A stretch of DNA of 64,000 nucleotides from Podarcis tiliguerta. Taxonomy: Eukaryota. The position numbers and the translations under genes were made by a program. This document shows positions 51,344-64,000 of the stretch, piece after piece. The notes below the pieces were generated by a model. That model did no database searches. It worked only from the letters and a program-made list of their open reading frames with translations, and had not been told where the DNA came from. The stretch lies in NCBI GenBank assembly GCA_965153285.1, contig OZ229112.1; one strand, written 5' to 3'. Numbering within the stretch: position 1 is the first letter of the stretch; each line of letters begins with the position of its first letter.

Positions 51344-52137
51344 CCAAATTAAAGTTGTTCCATCAGGACAGTTTGTTAGTTGTCACTTAAGACTGAAAGT
51401 TTTTACTGCCCATAATTAAAAGTTCCATTTTCATGGGGGTGGGGGGCAGGGTTCCCTGCTTTTACACTCCTATGGTGTTTCACCATTTTGTACATCTTAC
51501 CTTGTCGGTCTTTTTTAAAATATAATTTACAGCTCTGCAAACTTCAGGTTATTTTAGTAATGGATCCTGGTATAGTTCTGTAGACCACATCCACATGTTT
51601 ATTCAGTCTCTTATTTTATTTATTTATTTATAAAAAGTATAAATTGCCAGGGCAGTTGTACAGCAACAACCCTATTTATTAACAAATTTATATTTTCAGA
51701 TTTCCTCACCAATTATGTTTCTCTACTAAACACAAAAGTCAATTTTTATCCAGAGCATTGGTCTTCAGGGGGTTTTGTCATTAGAATTTACTCAGGAGAC
51801 ATCTCAGTGGCATGAACACACTGAAAACTATGTTACTGGTAGTATTTATGATTCTAGAAGTGGAAATCGAGACTGGCTCATATTTATTGCTGTGCCATAT
51901 AACACACTCCTCCTGCTACAGTTTCTGTATTGTTATACTAATGTATTTGTATTTTACCAGTGCCTGGAAATTTCTATGCACTTGAACAAGTGATTATTTA
52001 AATCCCCTTACAGAACTAGTCACTAATTAGAATCATGATAAGAGTAACTGCATCTAACCTTAATGTATCTCAACTGAAGTCTTCCTTCAAAATGTCGAAG
52101 AGTATGCATGTATCGAAGATAAACAATTCTAAGCTAT

Positions 52138-52532
52138 AATAAAAAGTAGATTTGTTTAATTCACAACAGCTATGGAGACTGATTGCTGGGTTTTCTAAAG
52201 TGATATCACATACCCTAGGAGGTGAGGGGCAGAGTTAATATTTGGGAACTGGAGATCTCAAACATGATGTTTCGCTGCCTTGCAATGCTGTTTAGACCTT
52301 ACAGGTGAGTGGGTTGGTGGATGTTTCAAGAAAGAAGAATGGGAAAGGGGCATATAGAACATATTAAAAACCCTAATCCATTTTTATAAAATCCTGGTTA
52401 AAATAAGATGTTTAAATAATAATGGAGAAACCTGACAGCTAATAAAATCACCTGACAGCTAATATTGCCATTATACATTTTCATTGCACTGTTAGCTATT
52501 ATCTTACATATACCAAAATATTTTTTAATAAA
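52138..52532 (+). terminator. Candidate polyadenylation signals of WDCP copy B
   Basis: AATAAA at 52138, 52441 and 52527, downstream of an AU-rich 3'UTR. Confidence 0.4.
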
Positions 52533-53708
52533 CTGATTCAGCTTCTCCAAAAAGCAGCAGCTGCTATCTCTCCTATGCTAGTCAGCTGAACAGCATGTTT
52601 TCGTTCTGGAATACGGCATGTTCTATTATAATAGTAATTGTCAAAACTATCCTCTGTGGCATTTGCAGGTTTATCAGTGGTTTGAGATGATTCCATTAAT
52701 GATTTAATTTCTATACTGCTTAATAGATTAGAATTTTCTCTAAGCGGTGTACAAAAATCTGAAGCAACAACTTAAAATATTACAAAAATACACAATTACA
52801 TATAAACATGTTATATAAATACAAAGTTGTGAATATATAAGCCAGTATCAATTCATTTTCCTTCTGACACACCCTTCAGCCTTTGGGTTCTCACCCAGGG
52901 TCCAAACTAACTCTCAGCTCAACCACAAAAGTCTCACAATTAGAAGACTTCCTGGAAACAGCAGGCATGTGAAGTTTTAAAGGTTAAAAAAAACGTGCCT
53001 GAAAGGCAGTTCAGTAATTTATCTTCCCTTGCAATGTTCACCTACAGGGGAGTGTTGAATGCATACTGGGGTGTGCTTTCAGTTCCAAAAGGGTTTTCAC
53101 AGGTTTAAAACTGGTATGTGGCTGCTAAGGATGTATTAAGGCATCATTTTCTGTTCTGTCTTGTATTTGTGGCATCCACTACAGCTTGCTTTGCACCAAA
53201 AATGTTACTCATCTTGCTGTCCGCTGCAGCAAAATTACAGAACCTATGTGATTTCTGGCATAAATTACTTTGTCATTGTTATTCCAGCCCATTCATTTTA
53301 ATGCAAAGCAAATATAATGCAAACAGGGGGGAATATAATCAAATACACATTGGTTGAAGACTAAAACCATCAACAGTGACATACCGTTCGGGACATGGGA
53401 CAGATAAGCAAACATGATGTTGGTTTCCCCTTCAGCTTCTGCCAGAATTCTCTGACATCCCTTGTGGCTGCACAGAGACTGTAAAGGAGGACAAGCTTTC
53501 TTGGCAGCAGAAAGATTGAAATTCCTTGGGTTACTGTGTCATCTTTGAGACCCTTAAACAATAGAGTGGCCTAGTCTTGTATTTTGTAGGCTTAATATCC
53601 ACTATGTAATGGAAGAAGCGTTTAGTTTCCACCACCTCATTCAGCTCATATATAGCTTGACAACTCCCAGATACATTAGGCTTCAGGATTAGATAGAAAA
53701 GCAACTTT

Positions 53709-53782
53709 TTTGCTTTGTTGTGAGGTGCAAGCAATGCCAAATAGCTTTGCTTTGTTGTGAGGTGCAAGCAATGCCAAATAGC
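53709..53782. repeat. Perfect 37-bp tandem duplication
   Basis: TTTGCTTTGTTGTGAGGTGCAAGCAATGCCAAATAGC x2. Confidence 0.95.
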
Positions 53783-55788
53783 ACACTTTTAACATTTAAA
53801 TCCTCAAATCTACTCATTCATTGGGCCCAGCTGATGATCTGCTTCCAATGGGTTGTGCTCCAAAATAAATGCGCCCGTTCTAAGTGTTCAGAATTTTCCC
53901 CAACCCTGTGAAAGCTTTTAAACATAAACTTACAAACACTACAGTTCATTAACAAAAATACATTCTCAATTTCTAAATATATTCAGCTATACACTCTAGC
54001 CATTAAAAATCCAACATGTACCAGGTCAGACTGAGAGAACCTGCTCTTCACTGTAAAAATAGTGCAGTTTCTCTGCTGACAGCTAAGTATCATAATGGGA
54101 GTTTTATACTTCATCATATCCAGCCAACACTGGTCACAAAGCCTGCCATGTACCATATAATCTGCCCCCAGCTTAGATTTCCTAGCAATGCTACATGCTG
54201 CATTGGATATTTTTAGCTCACTAAGAACCTACCTGGGGAGTCAATTTACTTGCAAGCAGAGGAAGACAACACATGTAGCCGTGTGCTCTGCTTTTGTATC
54301 TCTTTCTGTGTATGGACTGGCTTCAAAGTTGAAAGTTTCATTAATCTGTATTCTCAACACAGGATCAAAACATGACCTGGGAGAAATGAGTGAAATAGCA
54401 CTGGATGGCAGTTACAGTGTGTCATTGGGAGACAATAACTTAGCACATTGTGAAAGAGAATGCCAATATTCTGTGTGCACAGGCAGACACAACACTGACT
54501 AATCACTCCTGTCCCAAGCATTTGGCACCTGAACGGATAATTATTTACATTATCTGGGAACTTCTGTGGAATCTGCCGCGGAGCTCATGAGCAGGTGGTG
54601 TTCATTTGGAGATGCTATTAATAGGAACTGGTGCCTCCATCTGAAGGCTGTATGCATTAGAGTCCTAGGAGCTCAGAAAAGCGCCATAGAAATTACCCAA
54701 ATTGTGACTCCAATATGAAGGTGCCAGTTCAAAACAACAACAACAGAACCTCCACATGAACACCTGACTACAAAATCAGTGGTGGACCATGTGGTACTCC
54801 TGAAGAGTGTCAGCTATTTGGTGCAATAACCTCTGAAAGTCTTGAAAAATATGGTTTTCACCTGGTTAGCTATTATTTAAATAAACTACCTCCAGCCCTC
54901 TTGCACACACTGTCATACCAAGAAATGCCAAACGTAGTAATGCAACGGAGTGGCAATTGTTTGAACCCTTGATTTTGAAGAGCCACACTCAATATTATTA
55001 TCTCCAGGTACCGTAAATAATCACGGAGCTAGCTGTTTACTTGGAATAGCAAATCTCCAACATTTTACAGGAGCAAAGACACAATTAAAGGTTTTGCTCT
55101 TTTCTTTTCTTTTGGAGCATCGTGCTGGATTACAGATGCTCTTGCTTTGTCACAGCCTTAATTTCATAGTTTAAATATGGGCTTGAATTTAAAAAGCACG
55201 TGAAAAGCAAGCCTTTCTAATTGGCAATATGTTTTTGCACAGAGCCACTTTTAATGGGACATAACCAAGTGTCTATAAAAGTCTTGATTTAGATAAGCAG
55301 AAGGTGCAAAACATTACATTTTAAAATCATGAAAACAAGCCGACACTTTGAAGGGTTGATGAAGAAAAGAAGAGCCCCCCATTTTTATTTTTGCTCTAAT
55401 CGGTTATTTATAACAAATTGTGAAAGGGGGTTGTTTGACGAACAGAGAGTCTGCGTAGGCATGGATAATGTGACCTCTTAGTTGAAATTTTGAGGACTAC
55501 CCATCCTTGGAGACAGACCGTCGGGTGATGCTTAGAAGGCAGCTTGTTTTCCAATCCTCAGTATAGCTGTAGATCAGCGGAAAGAGCAGGAAGCAGTTTC
55601 CCCAAGTTCCAAGCATTCCTCTCCAAACTATGCTTCAAGTTACAATGTGTTTTGAATTCATTTAGCCTTGATAAATAGATGTGTGTGTCATCCGTGAAAT
55701 AAAGCTTCGGTGGAATAAGGAGCAGCCTTTTATCCCACAAAGCGCTGCTGCCTGGTTAGGTTTTCGTTACCACAAGCTGTTCCGGCTT

Positions 55789-55837
55789 TCAAAGAGGAGT
55801 GATTTCTTCATTCTCACAGATAATGCTTAGACGATGC
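55789..55837 (-). CDS. MFSD2B: Probable MFSD2B terminal coding exon (R)HRLSIICENEEITPL*
   Basis: Best nearby acceptor (TTCTTTTGCATTTTTTAAAACAG) and phase compatible, giving a short tail. Alternative acceptors exist near 55567 and 54376. Minus-strand AATAAA at 55384-55389. Confidence 0.55.
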
Positions 55838-55928
55838 CTGTTTTAAAAAATGCAAAAGAACCACACATGAAGAAATGTGGTTTCTGTGTTTGACGTTGTA
55901 ACATAAGTGCTAAGACAATGACATCTAA

Positions 55929-56312
55929 TAAAGGTAAAAGGTAAAGGACTCCTGGATGGTTAAGTCCAATCAAAGGTGACTATGGGATGCGATGCTCATC
56001 TTGCTTTTCAGGCTAAGGGAGCTGCATTTGCCCACAGATAGCTTTCCGGGTCATGTGGCCAGCATGACTAAACTGTTTCTGGTACAATGGAACACTGTGA
56101 CAAGTGCCAGAGCGCACAGAAACGCCGTTTACCTTCCCGCCACAGCGCTACCTATTTATCTATTTGCACTGGTGTACTTTCAAACTGTTAGGTTGGCAGA
56201 AGCTGGGACAGAGCAACAGGAGCTCACTCCGTCACATGGATTCGAATTGCCGACCTACCAAACAGCAAGTTCAAGAGGCTCAGTGGTTTAGACCACAGCG
56301 CCACCTGCATCC
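55929..56312 (-). mobile_element. Sauria SINE, older subfamily, in the last MFSD2B intron
   Basis: AAAGGT tail repeats on the left and a degenerate head on the right. CpG-depleted. Confidence 0.85.
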
Positions 56313-56889
56313 CCTGGACCCAGCCTTTTTGAAGTGTTTCGTTTCAGTTATGCATCATCTGAAATTGTTCCTGAGGCATTAAGAACCTGGCAACTATTCT
56401 TCCATGCTTTTGTAACTTTCAGGGCGGTTACATGGTCCTGCCCCTTAGTAGTATTTGAAGTGGCAGCTTGTAGCTCAGAGGTGGGGAATGCTTTTGGCCC
56501 GGTGGGGCCTCTCCCCTACTGCTGCTTTAGAGTGTTGATGAACCCTCCAGAACACTGTAGAAGGTGGCCCTGAGAAGTGCAGGGCAAAGGGGCAGTTAAC
56601 AAAAATCACTTTCCTTTGCAGCTTTGCACTGAAATTATTAACAATGCAAAAATGCAATAGCAGGGCATTACATCATACCATATAGAAAGCCTATAGAGCC
56701 TCTGCTGAAATGAAGCCAGAAAATGCTGGTAGTCAAGCAATGCAGTATGATTTTCAAAGTAAAAGACTTTGTTTTCTAGGTCAGTAAAGGGGTTCTCTGT
56801 ATGCAGCATAATACAAGGTGTTTGCTTTTGAAATAGCCTATCTCTTCCATAGTGAGCATTAAGAGAATCTGTTGTAGGTACATACTTAC

Positions 56890-57066
56890 CTTCGTCTTTC
56901 AAGGGCATGTTTTGTTTCCTTTCGAGTTTCTTCATTGATTGGATAGAAAAAGAGTATAAACAAGCCTAATGGCACGAGAAGAGATGGGACTGCTCCAACC
57001 AAGACTTTCAGCATGATAACAACACTGCGAGACTGTTTGCACACCCCTGATTTGAAGCCTGCAAGA
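56890..57066 (-). CDS. MFSD2B: MFSD2B exon (approx. exon 13) (N)LAGFKSGVCKQSRSVVIMLKVLVGAVPSLLVPLGLFILFFYPINEETRKETKHALERR-R
   Basis: 177 nt, TTTTTTAATAG acceptor and GTAAGT donor. GVCKQ...LKVLxGAVP is MFSD2B-like; includes the last transmembrane helix and YPIxEE. Confidence 0.93.
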
Positions 57067-58940
57067 CTATTAAAAAAATAAATACATCTGTTACAGTCGT
57101 ATCTTCATACTACTATTTACTGTGTGTGTGTATGTGTAACCTCTCTCACCCACAATGTAGAGCCTTCCCCATAATTCCCCCCCCCCCCCCGGGGGTTTCA
57201 CTGGCTCCTTGGTATCATCTCAGCTTCCTTGGAGATTTTTTTTCTTGCTGATGCCAGATCTGAGTAATGAAGAAGGTAGGGGCTTACAGATGAAACATAG
57301 TCACGTTTTTACCTCTCGCTGTGGTCAAGACTGAAGCAATGAGCCAATGATTACCGACATTCTGTAGCCGAAATCTTCGGCAAACCAGTTTCACATTGTG
57401 GATTAATTTATTTCACCTTGTACATGGACATGTATTTATTAACCTTTGTATCCTATGAAACTTTTCTGGCATTTTTAAGCAAGCAGAATGCAGTAGAATG
57501 CATTATCTGCTAGAAATTTTGTGAACTATAAGTTCCCTGTCTGCAGACACTAAAGCAGGAGTAGAGCATGTTCACTGCAAGACTTAATTTTAAATTGTCT
57601 TGCACTAAAAATTGCATGTGGAGTCTTTGCTACTCACTCAAATACTAGCTGGATTTTGTGACTTTTTAACTGATGTACTTCCTATTTCACATCAAAATGC
57701 ACATTCAGGCAGTTCAATGGAGCTCTGATTAAATTTGCAATATAAATGCACAGGGGTCCACAAACTTCAGATGGCTGTGGTAGCAACCAAAAGGAGCAGA
57801 GACTTTACCCAACTTCAAACTGCATCTCGGAAAAACACAGTGCAGGATTAAGGACAGTCCTATTTCCCTCCTCCCTCTCTAAGCTTGGGTATAGGGAAGG
57901 TATAAGGAATCACCTTTGCAGTTACACAGAGCCTCTGGAGGCCTCTGACCAGCTCTGGGGCACAACATCACTGTTGGAAGGATTTCTACACACTTGGGAG
58001 TGGATCCATTTGATAAAGAGGACTGAGGCTTGTAGTTTGTGCTTGCTTCAAAAGCCCAGTATAACTGTGGGGATGATACCCAACCCCTTTCCCCACTTTC
58101 AAGGTCAGTAGGGAAAGGTGAGACTCATCATACTAGCCATGGAAAGTGGAATTGTACATCTCTGCGGGTTCGCACAGCACCCCCAACAACAATTTGTACA
58201 TGTGAACTGCTTTGAGGTTTTCTACAATCGAGCAGCATATAGATTTTATGAAATAAATATAATTTGACATGTAGGAATTTGTCTCCACACACTGCTTCCA
58301 AGCTGTTAAATGAGTGTTGTTGTTTTTAACCCTCATTAGGAAAGAGCCACAATCCACAGCTTGTATATTCCAAGTAGGTTGAAAACTAAGCAGGGCTGGC
58401 TTTTGATTTCAAAATGGCTTTTTGTATCAGGGAAACAAATATTAATTTTCACATTTAGATTCCACTCGGAATGTCATTTGAGGGTCTCCTGCTGCCTATT
58501 TTTACAACACGGCAGGTATGCAATCTGAGAAATCGAGACTCGCCTAAGCTCATCTAGTGAACCTCTCTTTTTTGTATTTGTTTGTTTTTCTTTTTGCCCA
58601 GCAAACCTCATGGTGAGGATTTTAACTTGGATGCTCCTCAGACCTAGTTTGACCCTTTAGCCACCTCATTTGCCTGGCTCTCACTAGGTTTGATACTCAG
58701 AGATTCACCACTTCCTGCTTACTGATGCTCCTGGGCGTGGATGCTGGTTCTAGTGGTAAGAAGAGCCTTGAACTATAAGTGATACTGAGAGTTTAACTGA
58801 ACAAACCCCACATTAGTTTACCATGCCCTGGGTTCCTATGAACCTAAAAGAACCCAGATACTGACACATGGATATTTATAATGTGGTCCTATATCTATGT
58901 CTGGAGCAACCATGTGTGTGTGTGCGTGTGTTTTACTCAC

Positions 58941-59084
58941 TTCAGACTAGCTGCAGAAATTCCTAGTCCAATCCCAGCTGACATCTTATAAAAAAAGGTA
59001 TATGAAGCATAAAAGATGGTTTCATGTCCTACTGAATTAGGATTCTGCACCCGAAAGTAGTCGACGACATCGGGCAACATGGAC
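58941..59084 (-). CDS. MFSD2B: MFSD2B exon (approx. exon 12) SMLPDVVDYFRVQNPNSVGHETIFYASYTFFYKMSAGIGLGISAASL
   Basis: 144 nt, AAG acceptor and GTGAGT donor. WSMLPDVVD and ETIFY motifs, in phase with both neighbouring exons. Confidence 0.93.
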
Positions 59085-60256
59085 CTTTAACCAACCAATG
59101 AAAATAATTACACATCCATTAGATATTTCTGGGAAAAGATGTGACATTTTAATGAGCAGCATACAGTACTTTAAAAGAAAGACATTTTCATATTTTGTGG
59201 CACAATTAATAAATATTATACCACTTATGTAAAACATGGAGGGTTTACAAACTAATTAGGTCAGGTCAGGTAGGAATCCCGAAGCAATTAATGATCTCGC
59301 AGGTTAATGGATAGAAACTTAACACTGGCAGAGGTTTGCTATTCTGGAATAAGCATGAGGGAGGGAGGCTGGGACTGCACTCTTGATTAACATCAAATTT
59401 AATTACTTCTGCTGATAGGTTAGTGATGTCTAGAACAACAGAGAATAAAACTGAATGAGTGTAGCATATTCCCCAGGAGGACTTTTGTAATGAGTTACAG
59501 TAAGAGACATTTGTAAAACCTCTCAAGCCATTACGAGAGAGATAGAGCTAGAGAGATCCCAAATATCTATGCTCCTAACAAGATAGCAGATTTTCAAAGC
59601 ATTTGCGGGTATTGTACTGGCTGAAAACCAGTGAGACTCTAAAGAAAGTTCATTCCTCTGTTTGACCAGCTCTTTGATCTGCTCTCAACCAATACAAATT
59701 ATGTTGTACGTTTATTATTATGTTCCCATAAACCTTTTTACAAATGCAATAGCCATCTTAAGGTGCCTGGCTGTGCTCTCTATAGGAGATGAATAAATGT
59801 AAGTTTAAGTCCTTCTTAGGGATGCCTAACATTTCAAGGAAGTATTAATATGGCAGAGGCTGCTTCTCCTAAGGTGAGGGTTAAAGAGAGAAACAAGACA
59901 TTTGTGCAACTCTTCTCACATCCCCTTTTGCATATTTCCACACTCAATCTCTTATCTATGCTAGGGGGGAAATAGCATGAAAAGTGGCTTTTAACTTCAG
60001 CTTAGGAAGCTGCTTTCACTGCGTGCAGGCGAAAAAGAGCTGGCCTGTGAGTTTGGGCGAGTCAAAAGTCTACTGTGATACACTGCTCTTTTTCTTAGTG
60101 CCCTGATACAAGGCACAGGTAGTATACCTTACAGATACTACAAAGTCTGATGTCCCGCACATCCTACTGTGTAACAGATATTTCCTTTTAAATGCCGATA
60201 GCAGCTGATTTTGTACCTGGTACACATATGCACACACACCTATAAGACTGTCCTAC

Positions 60257-60366
60257 CATGGCAACAGCAAAGAGGCTGCAATGCTAATCCCTGAAACACC
60301 AGCCGAAAGGTAGGCAACAGCCGGTTCTGGAAAGAACACCAGCATGGTCGAAGCGGGAATCATCAA
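60257..60366 (-). CDS. MFSD2B: MFSD2B exon (approx. exon 11) LMIPASTMLVFFPEPAVAYLSAGVSGISIAASLLLP-W
   Basis: 110 nt, TTCTTCCAG acceptor and GTAGGA donor. Contains the SIAxSLLLPW motif. Confidence 0.92.
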
Positions 60367-61603
60367 CTGGAAGAAATGGAAATCGGGAGAAATGTGTATG
60401 GTTAGATCAGCGTTACTGTGGAGTTGAGAAACAGGAGTGCAGGAGTGGGGGACCTGGCTCCCATTTGGCCTGCAACGCTGTATCCTACAAATGGTGCTCA
60501 CCTGCCTCATACCTGCTATGTCTGATGTGGATCAGGTACGGACTTTGTTATAAAGGAACAGCTGACAGCTTAAAGGGAGCGTCTGATTTGTTCCTTTGCA
60601 AGCAGGGCTCCCTGCCAGTTCCCATCTGCTGAGCAATGCCGACAGGGAACTCTGCTGAGATCGGGTGCGCTAAGAAGTTCCCTGTTGGGAACTCCCTAGG
60701 AGAGAGCCTGAGGAGGCTGGAGGATGCAGTCTGGGTCCAAAAGGCTTCTTCCAGTGCTCTGAATCCAAACCGCTTCCCTTGCACCTGCAACCCTGCCCTC
60801 GGTGGTGGCATGGGTGCTTTGGTGGAGGCTTATATCACCAGTTAGTGGATCCCCTGTCCCTGAGGATGTCCCTTGGATCGTGACAACTGCTTGCTTTTTA
60901 ACCATTTAGTCTTAAATTTATCCAAGCATGGGCACCTGGACCTTAACTACTCTAAATCGAAAGGTTGGCTACCTTCCCCGCAAACAACATCCAGAATTAC
61001 TAAGCCTAGTCTTGCACCAAATGCAGTATTGTAAGCCTAAGATCAGTTGATGAAAATAATGCATTTGGTTTGCCGCTCATGAAGCTTGTGTTTTTTTTAA
61101 TGGAACAGGGTGGGCATTCAGGGAAGACCCTGATTTTTGCGTCTGTATGCAGGTAGAAATATGACCTGCTTAAGCCTTTTGTCATTTGGAAAGACAATTA
61201 CGGGGAGAGCTTCACCTGTTGACACTCTGAAGTCAAACCTCTTATTATGGGTGTGGGGGCCCTGATTTATTTTGAGGCCCTCCGCCCCACCTGCAGAAGC
61301 TATAAATCTGCACACAACAGACACACCTGTGCTTCCTATATGCAACATGTGATCATCCACTCAAGACGTTAAAGATGCAGGCTGTGTTTGCTGCAGGGGA
61401 AATCATGGACTTCCTGCCTCTGCTTCACACAGTGCATCTCGTATCCACCACAGTATAGAACACACCCAGTTTGCTCTGTGAGGAAAATATCTGCCAATCC
61501 ATGTTGACACCATATCTTTCTAATTTTATAACTTCTTATAGGTGTGCATGGGCCAGACATTTCTGGCTCATGCTCCCCATGCTATGCAAGCATCAAATAT
61601 ATA

Positions 61604-61845
61604 CAGTTGTACCTTGGATCTCAAACGCCTTGGCTCCCGAACAAATCGGCTCCCGGACGGTCAAAACCCAGTAGTTAGTGTACCGGTTTTCGAAAGATTT
61701 TCAGAAGCCAAACATCCGACGCAGCTTCTGATTGGCTGCAGGAGCTTCCTGCAGCCAATCAGAAGCTGCACTTTGGTTTCCAAACATTTCTGGAAGTCAA
61801 GCATACTTCCGGAACGGATTCTGTTTAACTTCCAAGGTATGACTG
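61604..61845. mobile_element. Tc1/mariner (Tigger-like) MITE
   Basis: CAGTTGTACCTTGGA / TCCAAGGTATGACTG ends and TA TSD. Central palindrome GCAGCTTCTGATTGGCTGCAGG..CCTGCAGCCAATCAGAAGCTGC. Confidence 0.8.
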
Positions 61846-63062
61846 TACATAGCTTAACAAGCTCTGCTTATAAGCTCTGCCTAACCATTCATAAGCAGAC
61901 ACTCAGCTAGACAGCTTTGCCTATAATGACCAGTGTTTCTAAAACGAAAGAGTCAACAACCAACAGAGCTCTGAATGAGAAATACACATACTTTGATTAG
62001 TCTGTAATACTCAGCAATAGACCTTGTTCCACCACAAGAGAGCACTCCAACAATACAAGATTGCCATGTGCACAGATTAAGCACAGCAGCAGTGTTTACC
62101 GACTTTGAAGCCAAAGCACCCAGATATTTATAAACCAATAGTGCCATAAAATGGGATTTTCTTGTAAAGAAGGAGTATGACCCAGCATTCTAGAGGCTCA
62201 CACTAATATTCTTAAAAGCTTTGCTAGCATAAGCAGAGAAGCAGGAAATAAATTCACGGCTGATGTATCTATGCTCTTTGCAGACAAATGATTGTAGGTA
62301 GTGCTTGCTCTTAGCCTTCTCGTTAATTGTAACAGAAAATCTGCACTTACCAAGTATCTTCCTCCCTGACACAGTTCAGGAACTCCTGATATGCACAGAT
62401 TTTATAATTAGCTCATTTGGGTAAGCAATTCTATGATATTCTAAACCAGAGTGGTGACAGAGAACCTTGATTAAAGGCATGAGAGAATAAGCCCTTAGGA
62501 AAATAAAATGCTCTAAGACTTCATGTTATAAATTTCAGAAAGATAAAAGTACCAGGTTGACCCATTTAAGAATGTTCTATGTGTGCTTTATACTATACCA
62601 GCCCAAATCAAGCAGTTTGCCATCGTCAACATTCCCTGTAGTTAAAATTAATCAAGATTTCCCTTATACTGGATTAAACAATGGCTTAAAGGGAAACACT
62701 GGCTAGTCTCTTGAAGACTGCAGGAAAGAATGCAATGTTACCAGAAGTAGCCTTTAATTAACCTTGCGTTATATAAGCTACATCCTACCTATCAAGGCAG
62801 AGTATAGCTCATAGTGTGAAGAGGAGAATGATCCAATCCAATGTAGGAGGGAATGCAGGAAAAATGAAGAAAAATCTGAACGATAACCAGAAATTGGGAG
62901 CCCATATTGGCCTGGCTAGGAAAAGAAGCACAAAGGCCAAAAGGGAGAAGGTGTCTCAAGTTTCAAAAGCACTGTTAAAAATGTTTGGTGCAATCCCAGA
63001 AACGGCTATTTCTAAAGAACAAAAATGCCAGCTTGCATTTAGTGCCTCAGTTGCTTACTTAC

Positions 63063-63143
63063 TGATATCCCACCCGCAGTAGTCTTTTTGCCGTACTTGT
63101 TCAGAAACCATTGCCAGCATGGAACGCTCAGTGCTGCAGATAT
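63063..63143 (-). CDS. MFSD2B: MFSD2B exon (approx. exon 10) ISAALSVPCWQWFLNKYGKKTTAGGIS
   Basis: 81 nt, TAG acceptor and GTAAGT donor. PxWQWFLxxxGKK motif of MFSD2/MelB-family transporters. Confidence 0.92.
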
Positions 63144-63288
63144 CTATGAATGATGAGAAAAACCATTACAGGAGAAAGTATGCTTCATATCAAGGGGATC
63201 AAGGAAGCACCATATGAATAATTGCACACATCACAAAAAGGGAAGGGCACAAACTAGGCCATATGGGTTCACCGCAAAGCAGTTCTCA

Positions 63289-63420
63289 TAGAATCATAGA
63301 ACTGTTATCTAATCCAACCCCCTTGCAATGCAAGAATCCTGCCCAAAACCATCCCTGGGTGGACTCGAACCACCAACCTTCTGGTTAAAAGCCAGACACA
63401 CTAACCCACTGCACCATCTC
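63289..63420 (-). mobile_element. tRNA-headed SINE with CR1-like tail
   Basis: CATAGAATCATAGAA tail and GGACTCGAACC B-box region. Confidence 0.65.
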
Positions 63421-63690
63421 TATCATGTGAACTCAATAAACATGGGTCAAAAAGCTGATCAGAGAGTTAGCAAATAATGTTTTTAAAACGCAAATCAAAC
63501 TCAATGAATTTCACATCCTGCCCAACTTCCTAGCTGCAATCCAGATCATGTACTTGCCTGATGACATGAAATTAACCCTGGGTGTGGCATGATCCAGGGT
63601 CTAAATAGTGATATGCATACCATATTATGAAAATAAGAGCTTAAGAGCAACATACTTTGCAAGGAGGCTCTGCTTTGTCCACATGCTTAC

Positions 63691-63774
63691 CAAGACAAGC
63701 ATCACTAAATAATCAATGTGGTTGTGAAGATTACTTGCAGCAGAACAAAAGAGGACAAAGTTGTTTTGTACAAC
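63691..63774 (-). CDS. MFSD2B: MFSD2B exon (approx. exon 9) VVQNNFVLFCSAASNLHNHIDYLVMLVL
   Basis: 84 nt, CAG acceptor and GTAAGC donor, phase 0/0. MFSD2-like NFVLFC motif. Confidence 0.88.
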
Positions 63775-64000
63775 CTGGAGAGTTGAAGACAAGAGGAGGA
63801 ACAAAACGATAAATTAGTCACAAAGCAAACGTGGAGCAGGGTTGATTACTCAAGGCCATTTAAATGGTTTAAAACCAGATTTCCCATTTACAAATGCTGA
63901 ACAAGAGCGCATGTGAACTGATTGCTATAATAATTAAACACATGCTGGCTGGCAACAAGACAAAGCTGCTACTAGCAGGGAGCATAATCAAAATCTCTCA

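Noticed and set aside
56606-56935. 109-aa ORF MKKLERKQNMPLKDEG
   Set aside because: It is a wrong-frame overlap with the MFSD2B exon that runs on into the intron.
60548-61360. Cluster of short ORFs in an MFSD2B intron
   Set aside because: No recognisable homology or consistent splice structure. The flanking MFSD2B exons join in frame without them.

Overview
This is vertebrate genomic DNA, almost certainly from a squamate and probably a lacertid lizard, judged from Sauria SINEs, a tRNA-Lys/CR1-tailed SINE and squamate-type L2/CR1/hAT/Tc1-mariner repeats. It covers the FKBP1B-WDCP-MFSD2B neighbourhood. On the minus strand are FKBP1B coding exons 1-2 (CpG-island promoter ~14.4-15.0 kb; the rest of the gene runs off the left edge) and the last six coding exons of MFSD2B (entering from the right edge). 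On the plus strand are TWO intact, well-diverged tandem paralogues of WDCP (C2orf44), each with the same three coding exons and intron phases. Copy A (20273-37484, ~731-732 aa) has no CpG island of its own but has a MEF2/E-box region and a strong CTCF motif upstream. Copy B (44940-51343, 769 aa) has its own CpG-island promoter at ~41-42 kb. The most notable points are: (1) this paralogue pair and its apparent regulatory split; (2) an exon-skip frameshift tail that stops at the same place in both copies; (3) inverted Sauria SINEs around copy B exons whose back-splice would give a stop-free circular ORF; (4) a possible TDP-43-NTD/ubiquitin-like C-terminal domain in WDCP. Homology calls rest on recalled sequences and were not checked by database search.
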